Source of the DNA: Mobula birostris
Taxonomy: Eukaryota
NCBI RefSeq assembly: GCF_030028105.1
Contig: NC_092375.1
Coordinates: 80,885,130-80,949,129, forward strand
Direction: 5' to 3'
Length of the DNA stretch: 64,000 nucleotides
Both the position numbers and the translations under genes were made by a program. Below the pieces are notes generated by a model, which saw only the letters and a program-made list of their open reading frames with translations, was not told the DNA's origin and searched no databases. How positions within the stretch are numbered: the stretch's first letter is position 1; the number at the start of each line of letters is the position of its first letter. Positions 38,056 through 50,169 of the stretch are shown here, one piece after another.

Positions 38056-41000
38056 GATTTTACATTTATAAGCCATAAAACTGTAGCTTCTCTTAATGCA
38101 GTATACTTCTACTTTCATTACAGTTTGGGTTGCTTTATTAAAATAAGCTCAACATGTGTGCTAATCTGTTACTTCAAAATACGGTGATTCATTATTGTAC
38201 TGCTGCAATATTTTTTGCTTTGTTGGGTGACAAATCAGAATAACCCTCCCACTGCCAAAAATGTTCCAGATCTATGTGCTTTCAATATGAGACATGCTAG
38301 TGAAGTTTTACACTTAAGCAACTTATGATCTATGAAGTGGGCTGATCTTCCACTTGGTCACAAGTCAGAACATTGCTGTTATGAAGGTAATCACTGAGTT
38401 TCTCATAGTTTAATTATTTGCTCTGTCTTCTCTAGTTATCTTGTACAAACTGGGTTTTAGTTCTGCATGCTCTTTGTTCAAAGCATTTGGGTCAGCAATG
38501 GGGAAGATAAGCTAAGACTGAATTTACTGAGCATTTTACTTAACAGCTACGTTAAATTTGATTATTGTTTTCCCAATCATACTTTGGTTCTGATTATTGG
38601 CATTTGTTTTGCTTTAGTTCAAACATTTGAACTACTTCTCATGATTATTTACATCATTGTTATTTTAAATTATTGAAGAAATATAATTTTAATTAGCTTT
38701 AGTCCTGGTACAAGTCAGCAGTAAACTTATCTTTTAGTCTTTTAAACCAAGTATTTGTGTAACATGTTAATAAGCAATCATGGTTTTAAGCAATCAAAAA
38801 TTTGATGATAGCTTATTTTATAAAAATGACTTAATTATATAAATTACTGTTCAGTTAAATAATTTAGCACTTGGTTAATGTAATCCTTCTCAAAACTAAA
38901 CTGAAGCTAATTTGATTTTTAGTTCTCAGAATGCATAAAACTATTTTGCAACAGAATATAAATTTATTTTCCTTTATCCTTTTATTTAGCAGGCCAATAG
39001 ATATGAAGTATTTCACAGTAGTATCTATTGTAGATCTACAATACTTCATATGTTATGTGAGGAAACACTTTGACAGATCACCTTATTTTTAAACAGTCAA
39101 CACTAGAGTCATATCATCTTCTTTGCAAAATATTCATCAGCGTTTTTCCTTTATTGTATATTACTTTTTAGGTATACAAAAGGTTAATTTCTTCAGCAGT
39201 TCCTGTAAGTGGGAAGTAGCATGGTCAGATTTTCATTAAACCGGATGGCCAACTTCCTCTTGACAAACCAGATGTGTTTTAAAATGGTTGCATCTCTCTG
39301 CCCAGCTTCAAGATTGTTTGGCGATGATCAAGTTGTGGTTTGTGAATGAACTATGCGGCTTGATGCTTCTTCAGTAAATCAGATAAAAATGTTTTGTCAA
39401 AATAATGAAGGAATTTTATAAATGGAGTAATATGATCCTTAGTTTGCTAAGGTTAAGAGAAGTTGTGCTAGCTAATTGTATAGTTTTGGAAGATATTCCA
39501 TTTTTTAAAAATCCAATCTTTTAAATGTTGATTATGTAACAGCAAACCAATGCTATTCAAGAAGACCAAAGTACAAATTGTCTTGAACTTTCACAGCAGG
39601 AAGTTCAGGATACGTTCTCCATTTTGAGTGAAGTTGTCTTTATGCTTTGGTTCATTACACTCAGTGCCCAAGGGAAATTATCTCTTTTCAATAAATGAAT
39701 TATTAAATTTTGCTTTTGAATTCTTCTTGAGACAGTCAAATAAACAATATTTGCAGATAAAATAGAATTTAGTTTAGAGTGTGTAGCCTGGAATACTGCT
39801 TATATTAGTATGAATAATATGTTTTTGATGAATGTGAATGTGATTGGGGATGGGGAAAGTGGGTATTAGAGAGAAGAGAAGGTGTTCTTTGATATTTTTA
39901 AAATAAAAGTTAAATTAGTAGAATAATTATTTAACTAATTAGCCAAGTAAAATTGGCCAGAGTTAAGTTATGATTTTAACATTTGTCCTGAAAGAGTGGT
40001 CCAACTTCAGTTCTTCTAGTCAATGGAGGTATAGCAGAGCTCCTTATTCATGGATAATGCAAATAATTTGTTCGTTGGGAAATCCATTTTTTTCAGTCAT
40101 GCTCTGAAAAACTACATGTGATGGAAATTTTGTCAGCTGGAATTCTAGGGGTCCTGAATTCAGACCTTGAGCATCATCTAGGTGCCTGCACAAGGCTGAG
40201 TGTTATGTGGATAGTGCATTTTAGGAAATGGAGAACCTATGTATTAAATGATTGCTGAAGAGAGGGAAAAGGTTACAATGAAGGGAGAGAGAATGCCTTT
40301 CAGCCTGACTTGCAAGGGCTGTCTGTGAGCTCATTAAGTTGAGGTACCATCAATACAACCTCACTTCCCCCTATTCACTGACAGTCACATACCTTATGTT
40401 TCCCCTGTCAGTGCCATTTTTAGCATTCCATTTGCCACAGTGCAATAACAAAGCACCACATTCCATGCTAAAAATTAATAAATTAAGAATTAAATGTTGT
40501 ATACGAAGAATATAATATTCCTTGCTTATCCTATCAGTGCTTCTTTTCCATGCCCCCTGCCTGGCATGGTGTTCTGATTCAACTGCTGGTAGTTAGAGAT
40601 TTGATTGGTGGAAGGCTCATGACCTTCAGTGGAGGATGATGTTGAGGGCCCAGAAAGCCTGGTTCCGGATTACACAGTCTCTCTTTGTTCAGCAGTCAAC
40701 AGCTGCTTATGCAGCAGTGAAAGTTGCCACATGATTAGTCTCACAACTGCCATTTTCATGCTTCAAGCTGTGCACAATGTCACAGTTGATGCCAGACTTA
40801 TCTTAGCTGATTGATACAGTGAAAATTCCCACAATGCTGTGTTTAATGTACCAAGCATTTCAATGTGCATAATCTTTAGATGCAGGGAATCAGTCAATGC
40901 TCTTATTTGAGTCTTCTGGAGTTGAATGTGTGTGACCTTTAGTTTCTGGCTGGAATCTGAATTATTTGTAATGTTAGTGTCTCAAGTTAGTGGATGTAAC

Positions 41001-41899
41001 TTTGAATTGTATCAATAGTAAGTGTTTTTCTTCATAGTCTTGATTTCTCTCCACTACTTAACCAGGTTGCAATTCTTGGGTATCTGAAATGATTTTGACA
41101 TGTAAGGTTATGACACAGAGTGGAAAATAATGTAGGTGGATTACGATTCTGATGTAATGTGAGTTAGAGGATTGAGTATGTTTCCTCAGTGGCTGCTTCT
41201 TTATTAGTTACCATTATATCTCAGTGGGAGTTAAGACTTGCCCCCCACCCCATCAAGTAATAGTTGCTATCTCTTTTACATTGTTGTTCTGCAACGTAGT
41301 TGCAGAATATAGTTGGCTGATGTAGATGTTTTAATTGAACTGTGAGACTGACAGTGGAAGAAACTAACAACATCTGCAGATTTTTTCTTGTTTGTGATCT
41401 GCTGAAAGAACTTAGCAGGTCAAGCAGCATCTGTGGGAGGAAAGAAATTTGATGTTTTGGGTCAAAACTCTGCATTAGGGTCCTGAGACATTAAGGTTAA
41501 CTTTTGGCAGAAACATTCAGCTCCCAGTTTCATTTGAACTTTGATCCATATTTAGTCAAAGTACTAAATTATAGAGCTGAGGTGAGATTGTTTGACTAAA
41601 CATACAAGAAACGCCTTACTGAATGTGACATCAAGACACTGATAAAACCAAAGTTAATAGTAACTATGGAAAAACCTGGCTGTAATCATTCAAGAAGAAA
41701 AATGTTTGTGGTGCTTCAAGGTCAATCACCTCCATTCAAGGGCTATCTGAGTTCATCAGGGCAGTGGCCTCAGTTCAGTCACCATGAGCTACATTGTTAT
41801 TGACTTTATCTCCATCATTATATGAAAAATGTTATACTTGCTTCCTGAAATGTGTTCCCCTTTAATTTTACTTGCAACTTCTGAAATAAGGATGTCATT

Positions 41900-42450
41900 A
41901 ATAGGAACAAGAGTGAACTATAAAGCCCATGAAAGCTTTTGTGTCGTTGTCTAATGTAATGGCTGATTAGAGTTTGATCTTGGTTTCACTTTTATACGTG
42001 TTTCCCAAACTTCTGATTCCCCTTTCAATTGAAAAATGTCTCTCAAGATTTTGAATCTATTTGATAATTCATCCTCCAGAGCTTTCAAAAATAAACCTTC
42101 TGAAAGAGAAAAGTCCTTTTCACCCACCTTAAATAGGGAGTTCTTACTCTATAAGTATGCTCACTAGTTCTAGATTTCACCCCCGCCATCCCTCAAGGGA
42201 CACATTTTCTCAGTCTTTGCTTTGTCAAATACCCGGAGTAGAATCTTATCATTCAATAAAATCTAAACTGCAATATAGAGTCTTTTTTTTCATAAAACAA
42301 CCCTTTATCTCCAGAGACAACCTAACAAACTTCCTCTGACCTTCTGATGCACAGGGATATCTCTCAAATAAAGAGATGAAAGTTGTACATAGTATGTATA
42401 ACAAGTGCTCTTCCATCAACTCTGCACTCACTTTTATGACCCCAGCGAGC
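41900..42450 (-). mobile_element. highly decayed CR1 3' fragment
   Basis: weak homology to 52947-53750. Confidence 0.45.
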
Positions 42451-42941
42451 ATGCCTTTGAGATTTGGTAAATTTGTCAACCTCTTGGTTGGTTTGCTACC
42501 TTTTTCCTTGCAGTAGTGCTTGTTTGAGGTTCCTTTTTTTAACCTGAAATTGTTTTTATTGTTCAAGAAATGTTTTTAGTGTCTACAGTCATGAAGATTG
42601 ATGCAGTATATCTTTTCAAAGTCTACTTCCTTTCCATATTCCCCATTATTTCCCTATACTCAAAGGACCAGCGTTAGTTAGTTACTGTCATTCTTTTTAT
42701 GTATTTTATAAAAGCTTATACTGTTTATTTTTATTCCTAACTAGCCTACTTTCTTGATTATTAATTTTGAATTGTCCTTGATTTTCTAAAATCTTACCAC
42801 TCTTGCCCTACCTCTAAACTTTGCAAAGTTTTATGACTTTTAACTTTCCTACCATCCTAGTGACATGCCCTGGTTAAGATTTTTACTGCTATGCTGTAGG
42901 TATTTCATTTTAGCAGTTCTGTGTCTGTTCTGCTTTCAGGC

Positions 42942-43715
42942 TGTTATGGTTTGAGCTAAGATAAGGGGCTTTGTTGTTCAGCTTAGGAATGTATTGTCAT
43001 TCAATCAGGAAGGTGGAATTGGAGAAGGTTCTAGAGAATGCTAGGCGGAGAGGTTTTTGTGACAGGCATTGGTGTGGGACAAGGTCTTTTCGGCGGGAGC
43101 TAAGAAAAGGCAGGAAGGAAGATGGTTGAGGATGCTGTTCCTGTTGCACAGGGTGCTTTGTGCAGATGAATGGCTTCATTGAGGAAGGACCAATACTCCC
43201 GTGGGGGTGCCCATTTGTTTGAGATGGATTTTGAATAACATTCAGAAGGTGGTGTGTTCTTTCGCACAGACTGTGGGTGCAGCATGTGAGTTAAAGATAA
43301 CTTCAAGATAAGCTCCAATTTATGGGCACATTTGGACTGGGTTAACTAAAAGGCCTTTTTTTAGAACACTTTTCTTTTTCCTACTAACTGCTCGATAAAC
43401 CTGACATTTGTAAGTATACTTTCTTCATAATTATATGCAGTGTTCGAGCTGTTATTTCTTGCCGATGGCTAATTGCATTGGGGCAGTATTCACACAGGAT
43501 TCATACAGACTGGGGTTCAGGTGGGCGAGATAACCCAACCCCTCGGGTTTAGTGGGACCCAAATCATATGATTAGATTAGATTAGATTATCATACTTGCC
43601 TTAGATATACAGAGTCTGAGAAAGGTGGTTTTCTCACCATTGAGTCCGTTAGCTTGTTAGTGAGGGGCTAACCGGCCGTGTCTCTAGAGACACCTGGTAA
43701 AAAGAGGTTTTATTT
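42942..43715. mobile_element. possible solo LTR
   Basis: TGTTATGG start, GC/CpG-richer block with internal (GATTA)4; right end and TSD unclear. Confidence 0.3.
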
Positions 43716-43847
43716 AGGATATGGTAGCTCCTTTCCCTGTAGTTGAAAGAATTGTTTGACATTTTCTTAACTAAACTTATTTAGAAGTTTTTACTTTCTG
43801 CACTTTTTTTAAAGCTATTTTTCAATATATGTGTTGTTTGTCCACTT

Positions 43848-45579
43848 CAGGGGTCCCCAACCTTTTTTGCACTGTGGACCGGTTCAATATTGACAATATT
43901 CTTGGGGGGGGGGGTGGTGTTAATCACGACCGGAATATAGGTGATAAGTCAACTATAAGTCACTTATAAGTGGCTAATACACTTAATTTCGTTTCTAAAA
44001 GGGTTCATCTAACGAATTTAATATTAAACACACAGCGCATATTTTCCTCACATGAATACAGTGATAAATCAATTATAAGACTTATAAGTCAATAGCATCA
44101 TAACATTTTAAGTAACATTTGGATATTAAACACTCAGCGCATATTTTCCTTGTATGAACATATAAAATCATTGCAACACACCAATATTGCTGAATCAGTA
44201 GGAGGCCTGGGCTTGTTTCCCTGCAACGAGACGGTGCCATTGAGGGGTGATGGGAGACAGAGATACTGGAATGGGGTTCCTTATGTCCAGTCTATTCCGC
44301 AATTTAGTTTTCGTTGCATTCATTGCAGAAAATCCCGCTTCGCAGAGATATGGTGTTGGAAATGGAAGCAACGTTTACAGTGCTTTCGTGGCAATCTCAG
44401 GATATTCAGCCTTGACTTTGATCCAGAATGCCGGCAGAGATGTTATGTCAAACATACTTTTCAGCCCACCGTCATTTGCAAGCTCGAGGCGTTGATCTTC
44501 TTCCTGCGCTGACATGGATGATTCACCAAGGACATTCACAAATGGGTCACGGACCCATTCCTTTGCATGTCTTGGGTCATTTGCGGTTGGGAAGTAATGC
44601 TCGAATTCTGTCAACAGCGAAGATAGGTGATCGCGCACCAGCTGTGAGAAGGACAGTGCAGCCTCAGTCTCTCCCAAAATCCCAGCTAGTGTTGGGAACA
44701 TGTCAAATATGCCCCTGTCCACTCGCTGTCCCTACAGTTCCAGTTTGGCTTTGAAAGCAGACACTTTATCTGCCAACTTGAAGACAGTTGTCATTCTCCC
44801 CTGAAGTGACAAATTGAGTTCATTGAGCAGGTTGGAGATGTCACACAGATAAGCGAGTTTTGCTATCCACTCCTCGACACTAAAGTGTGCTGCCAGTGGT
44901 GACTTTTTTCCTGAAAGAAATCTATTGTAGCTGCTCTCTTGACTCAAAAATCCTGGCCAGGGCTCTCCCCCTTGATAGCCACCTGACTTGAGTGTGTAAG
45001 ATAAGCGTTTGTGGTCTACATCCATTTCCTCGCAAAGCTGCTCAAACAGATGTTTCTTAGCCTTAGTAATACGGCTAGCCACTAAGTACGACGCTCTCAG
45101 AGCAGTAACATTTATGGAGGTGGTGACTCTCAGCACTTGCTTCTTACTTGCTTGCTCACGTCTTTTCTGCTCAAGAAACTCAGCGGGTTTGTCTTTAAGT
45201 GCAGGGTGCTTGGACTCAAGGTGCTGAAGCAGTTTTGAAGGCTTCATTGCCTCATTAGACAGCTTGTCTCCATATATCACACACAGGGGGCTTGGAGCAT
45301 GCGAGTCACCAGTCGCAATAAAGCCATATTTTATGTACGACTCGTTGTATTTTGTGTTGAAGGAAGCTTTCTTTTTTTTTGTAGCCTTGGGCTCAACTGT
45401 CTCTGGGTTATCATCATTGTTAGGCCTTTTATGTCCCCTACCACCTCTTCTAAAGAAACTCTCAAGCAAAGTTTGTTTTTTACTCATCATACCGCCAAAT
45501 CATATCGTTTCCTCAAGGCCCGGTAGCACATGCTTTGTGGCCCAATACTGGTCCGCGGCCCGGTGGTTGGGGACCACTG
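43848..45579 (-). mobile_element. internally deleted hAT Charlie/Buster (ZBED5/SCAND3-like) transposon
   Basis: TIRs CAGGGGTCCCCAACC / GGTTGGGGACCACTG; TSD GTCCACTT / GTCTACTT; BED finger LSNEAMKPSKLLQHLESKHP, LAYLCDI..LNELNLSLQG, FWIKVKAEYPEIA. Confidence 0.93.
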
Positions 45580-45789
45580 GTCTACTTTATTTAGATGGTA
45601 TGACTTAGCTTAGAATGAAGTAACTAATCACAACTGAAAAAGCAGTTTTTTGAAAAAGGTTCTGGTTGCAATTTTATATTAAATTAATGCACTTTTTACA
45701 AGTTTATCTTATAGCTCCATTCCCTATCCAACATATGTTGTATTATTTCCTTACGGTGTAATACACAGACATTCTACTAGTGTCTGCTC

Positions 45790-46803
45790 CTCGCTGACAA
45801 TCAACACTGGCACATCTAAGGATGCTTGCTTAGCCCACTGCTCTACTCTCTCCACAGCCACAACTGTGTGGCTAAGCACAGTTCAACCACCATCTATAAA
45901 TTTGCTGATGACAGAACTATTGTTGGCAGAATTTCAGATGGTGACAAAAGAGGCGTACAGGAGTGAGATCAGCTGGTTGAGTGGTGTCACAACAAAGATC
46001 TTGCACTCAATGTCAGTAACACCAAGGAATTGATTGTGAACTTCAGGAAGGTGAAGTTGAGGGAACACACACCAATCCTCATCGAGGAGTCAAGAATGGA
46101 AAGGATGAGGAATTTCAAGTTCTGGACATTTACAAATGCAAACACGAGGAATTCTGCAGATGCTGGAAATTCAAATTCATTCACCAGCAACTTTGATATG
46201 TATTGTCTGGACGTTTACATCTCTGAAGATCTCTCCTGGGCCCAACATATTGATGCAATTACAAAGAAGGCACAACTGCAACTATGTTTCATTAGGAATT
46301 TTAGCAGACTTGGTATATGACACCAAAAAGTCTAGCAAATTTCTATAGATGTGCCATGGAGGGCATCCTAACTGGTTGCATCACCGTCTAGTTAGAAGTA
46401 GCGACTGCACATGTTCGGAAAAAGTTGCAAAAATTTGTAAACTCAGCCAGCTCAATTATGGGCACTGGCCTCCCTACATTGAGGACATATTCAAAAGGTG
46501 ATGCCTGAAAAAGGCGATATCAATCATTAAGGACCCCCATCATCCAAGACATGCCCTCTTCTCCTTGCTACTGAAGACACACACTGAATGTTTTGGGAAT
46601 AGCCATCAGATTTCTGAATGTGCAATGAACCAACTCATGAACACTACTTCAATATTTCTTTTGATCTCTTTGCACTACTTACTGAATTTTTAATAAATAT
46701 ATTATTGTAATTTATAGTTTTTTATTATGTATTGCAATGTACTGGTGCCGCAAAACAACAATTATCACGACATATGTCAGTGATATTAAACCTGATTCTG
46801 ATT
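45790..46803 (+). mobile_element. Rex1/Babar LINE 3' portion
   Basis: KFADD region, ISEDLSWAQH; (CTGATT)2 tail. Confidence 0.82.
46135..46205. mobile_element. 71-bp Penelope-like mini-insert in Rex1
   Basis: TSD TCTGGACATTTACA / TCTGGACGTTTACA; same two termini as 18117-18299. Confidence 0.7.
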
Positions 46804-47231
46804 AAAGTGTGAAAGTCATACCAATTAATCAGACTCTAGGATGCATGAGAGTAATTCTTCCATTGATTTGCATGCTTGTGAAGTGACAAATATCAGAGCT
46901 CGCTGAAAATTTGGATTTTTATTTTCTGGTAGATTCAGAATGATTACAAGGGTGATGAAATTGCAGGTTGAGTAGTAATACTTGAAAATGTGTGATACAC
47001 GTAAATGAAGGGAAGGATGTGTTGTTTTGTTGGAGGGGAAAAATGGGAATAGATTAATTGGCCACACAGGAGTAGTGGACCTGTATGATAACATTCTATG
47101 AAATCAAGCATTATCTTGGTTTCTGTATTTGTGATCATTAATTACTCTTGGCTAAGCCAAAGATGAAGGGCACTATAGAGGCAGGTGATAAACATGTTGT
47201 AACCATGCTCTCTATTGCATGTTTTTTTTAG

Positions 47232-47307
47232 CCTTCTGGAAAGAAGTTGCCTGTTGTTCCATCTTCTCAGGAGCCACCAAAATCTGAACCAGACAGCAAA
47301 CCTAAGG
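47232..47307 (+). CDS. SH3KBP1: SH3KBP1 coding exon, linker before SH3C
   Basis: ttttttttag|CCTTCT...AAGG|gtaggt; 76 nt, phase 0 to 1; PSGKKLPVVPSSQEPPKSEPDSKPK aligns with human TIGKKLPATTATPDSSKTEMDSRTK. Confidence 0.9.
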
Positions 47308-47519
47308 GTAGGTGCAGTTATAAGGAGTGTCTCTTTTTTAAAAATTCCTACAGGGCAAATAGAACAAAAAATATTTCAGTCATCCTTATGTTGTCCTTGT
47401 TGGTAATGAATGACTTCAGCAAATCCTAAAGACTTCTCTAAATCAAATTTTGTTTTACTTTTAAATGCATTGTTTGCTTTAGAGAAAACCCAAAAATCAC
47501 TAATGCACTTTCCTGAATA

Positions 47520-48291
47520 CATAGGTCAAATGTAAAGTGACAGTACACTGTTAAGGGAAAACCCTTAATAGTGTTGATGAGCATAGGGATCCTGGGGTCG
47601 AAGTTCATAGCTCCCTGATAGTGACTACACAGGTGGATAGGGTGGTTAAGAAGGCATATGGCATGCTTGCCTTTATTAGTCGAGGTACTGAGTTCAAAAG
47701 TCAGGAAGTTATGTAGAGGCTTTATAAAACTAGTTAGGCCACATCTGAAGTATTGCATACAGTTCTGGTTACTTCATTATTGGAAGGATGTTAAGGCTTT
47801 AGAGAGGGTGCAGAGGAGATTTACCAGGATGTTGTCTCGATTAGAGAGTGTTTGCTATAATGAGAGAATGGACAAACTAGGGTTACTTTCTCTGGAATGG
47901 TGTAAGCTGAGGGGAGATCTGATAAAGGTTTATAAAGTTATGAGAGGCATAGATAGAGTAGACAGACAATACCTTTTTCCAGGTGTTGAAATGTCTAATA
48001 CCAGAGGGCATGCATTTAAGGTGAGAGAGAGAGTAATTTCAAAGGAGATGCGAGGAAAAGGTTTTTTTTTATGCAGTGCGTGGTGGGTGCCTGGGATGGT
48101 GGTGGAGGCAGTAACATTAGGGACTTTTAAGAGACATTTAGGTAGGTACATAAATGTGAGAAAAATGGTAGCATGTGGACATTGTGTAGGCAGAAGAGAT
48201 TAGTTAGATATTTGATTACTAATTAGTTTAGCACAACATTGTGGTTCGAAAGGCCTGATCCTTTGCTGTACTGTTGTATGTTCTATGTTCT
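47520..48291 (+). mobile_element. CR1 LINE 3' end
   Basis: LVRPHLKYCIQFW...RGDLIKVYK; (ATGTTCT)2 tail. Confidence 0.88.
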
Positions 48292-48574
48292 ACCACTAGT
48301 TTCATCGCTGACAAAATCAATTAACCGATAAAATTCAGTTTTGATTACTGTGGTTTATGATCATCTAAGATGGCTTTGAGTGTGGATTTGAAGATAACAA
48401 TGAAAGTGTTTGCATTTGCAGTTGGATAGTTTGGAATTGGATGATCTTTTGATGATGTAATTTAATCGAATGATTGTGTTGATGGTTAAGTTTTTTCCAT
48501 GTTAAAACATTAATTGGATAGCATGATTTATTCTTAAAAGCAGTTTACTGTTGTGTCTATTATTGGTAGGTGTA

Positions 48575-49423
48575 CAGTGCTTGTAAAAAGTATTTACCCC
48601 CCCTTGGAAGTTTTCATGTTTTATTGTTTTACAACATTGAATTACAGTGGATTTAATTTGGATTTTTTGACACTGATGAACAGAAAAGACTCTTTCATCT
48701 CAAAGTAAAAACAAATTTCTACAGATTGGTCTAAACTTATTACATTTATTAAACACAAAATAATTGATTGTATACTTTCTCACCCCCTTCACGTCAGTAT
48801 TTAGTAGATGCACCTTTGCCAGCAAGTACAGCCTTGAGTCTGTGTAGATGGGTCTCTATCAGCTTTGCACATCTGGACACTTTTCCCCATTCTTCTTTAC
48901 AGAACTGCTCAAGCTCAGTCAGATTGCACGGAGACTGTGAGGGATATCCAGTGACTCGAAAATGTTCTTGTATCCATCTCCTGACTTGTCATTTTTAATA
49001 ACCTTTTTGTGGAGTTGCTTGGAGTGTTCTTTTGTCTTCATGGTGTGGTTTTTTGCCAGGAATCTGATTCACCAACAGTTAGACCTTCCAGATACATGTG
49101 TATTTTTACAACAATTAATTGAAGCACCTTGACTGCACACAGGTGATCTCCTTTTAACTAATTATGTGGTTTCTAAAACCAATTAGCTACACCAGTAATG
49201 ATTTGCTGTGCTATATTAAAGGGGGTGAATACAATTATTTTGTGTTTTACATTTGTAATTAGATCACTTTGTAGAGCTGTTTCCACTTTGACACGGAGGA
49301 GTCTTTCTCTGTTGATCAGTGTCAAAAAAAGCCAAATTAAATCCAGTGATTCAATGCTGTAAAACAATAAAACATGAAAACTTCTTGGGGGGGGGGTGCA
49401 GGAGATACTTTTTATTAGCACTG
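48575..49423 (-). mobile_element. internally deleted Tc1-like transposon with ~200-bp TIRs
   Basis: TA|CAGTGC...GCACTG|TA; minus-strand MKTKEHSKQL...KSGDGYKNI (ATG 49041) joined out of frame to NLTELEQFCKEEW...AGKGASTKY*. Confidence 0.9.
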
Positions 49424-50169
49424 TATTTCTATGCTAATAGATCCTTTTAATTCAGACAATCTATGTCAAGATTTGGGATCTACTAAACCACCTTTTGCCT
49501 TCCCTCATCTATGAGCATCAACACTATCCTTCCTGCTTATGCTTCTCTGGCTTTCATTGAATTCACCAATGCTATTCATTTCAATCATTCCCTCTGATAG
49601 TAACTTCCACTGTCTCACCTCTCTTCGGGTAAGCACCTATTTTATGGCTTCCATGTTTAATTTCTTGTATTGATGGGCTTCAATTATGCTTTTCTCCACA
49701 AGTGGAGACATACACACTGCATTCAGTTTAGTGAAGAATTTCAGTATTTTAAGGACCTCTATTAGATCAACAATGTTACTTTTTTCTCAGCAGTCTGACA
49801 GTATTATTGCTAGTTTATGATTGTGCAGAAACGCAATTTTCAAGAGATGTATAATTGTATCCAATTTTAGATTAAATTGGTTCTTTGATATTTGTTAATC
49901 TTGATCATTTCTCCCTTGAATAAGACACTTTCTTGTTTAGATTGTCCCATGAATGTGCTGTTCTTTAATATATTATTTGTAGTATTACCATATAGTTGGC
50001 CTGTTAACATCATTGGGTGTTTTTACATTTCTTGTAATTAAATTATGGTGACAGTTAGGTTCTTGTCACACAAAAGCAATTAATAATTTGCTGTTTAGTT
50101 TCGGGCTATCCTATCATTCATGGTTCCTCCACTTCCAACAATGGAAGACCCAGGCTGTTACCATTAGTG

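Noticed and set aside
38490-38515. ATGGGGAAG as the alternative first exon of a short CIN85 isoform
   Set aside because: No in-phase GT donor; frame stops quickly
40150-40340. Deu-SINE-like conserved element
   Set aside because: Similarity too weak to support without an alignment
42920-42960. Acceptor ttctgctttcag as a further exon
   Set aside because: Immediate stop, no clear donor, and coincides with a probable repeat boundary
44375-45490. Domesticated ZBED5/SCAND3 gene
   Set aside because: Retains TIRs and TSD, and is internally deleted and frameshifted, so it is a transposon copy
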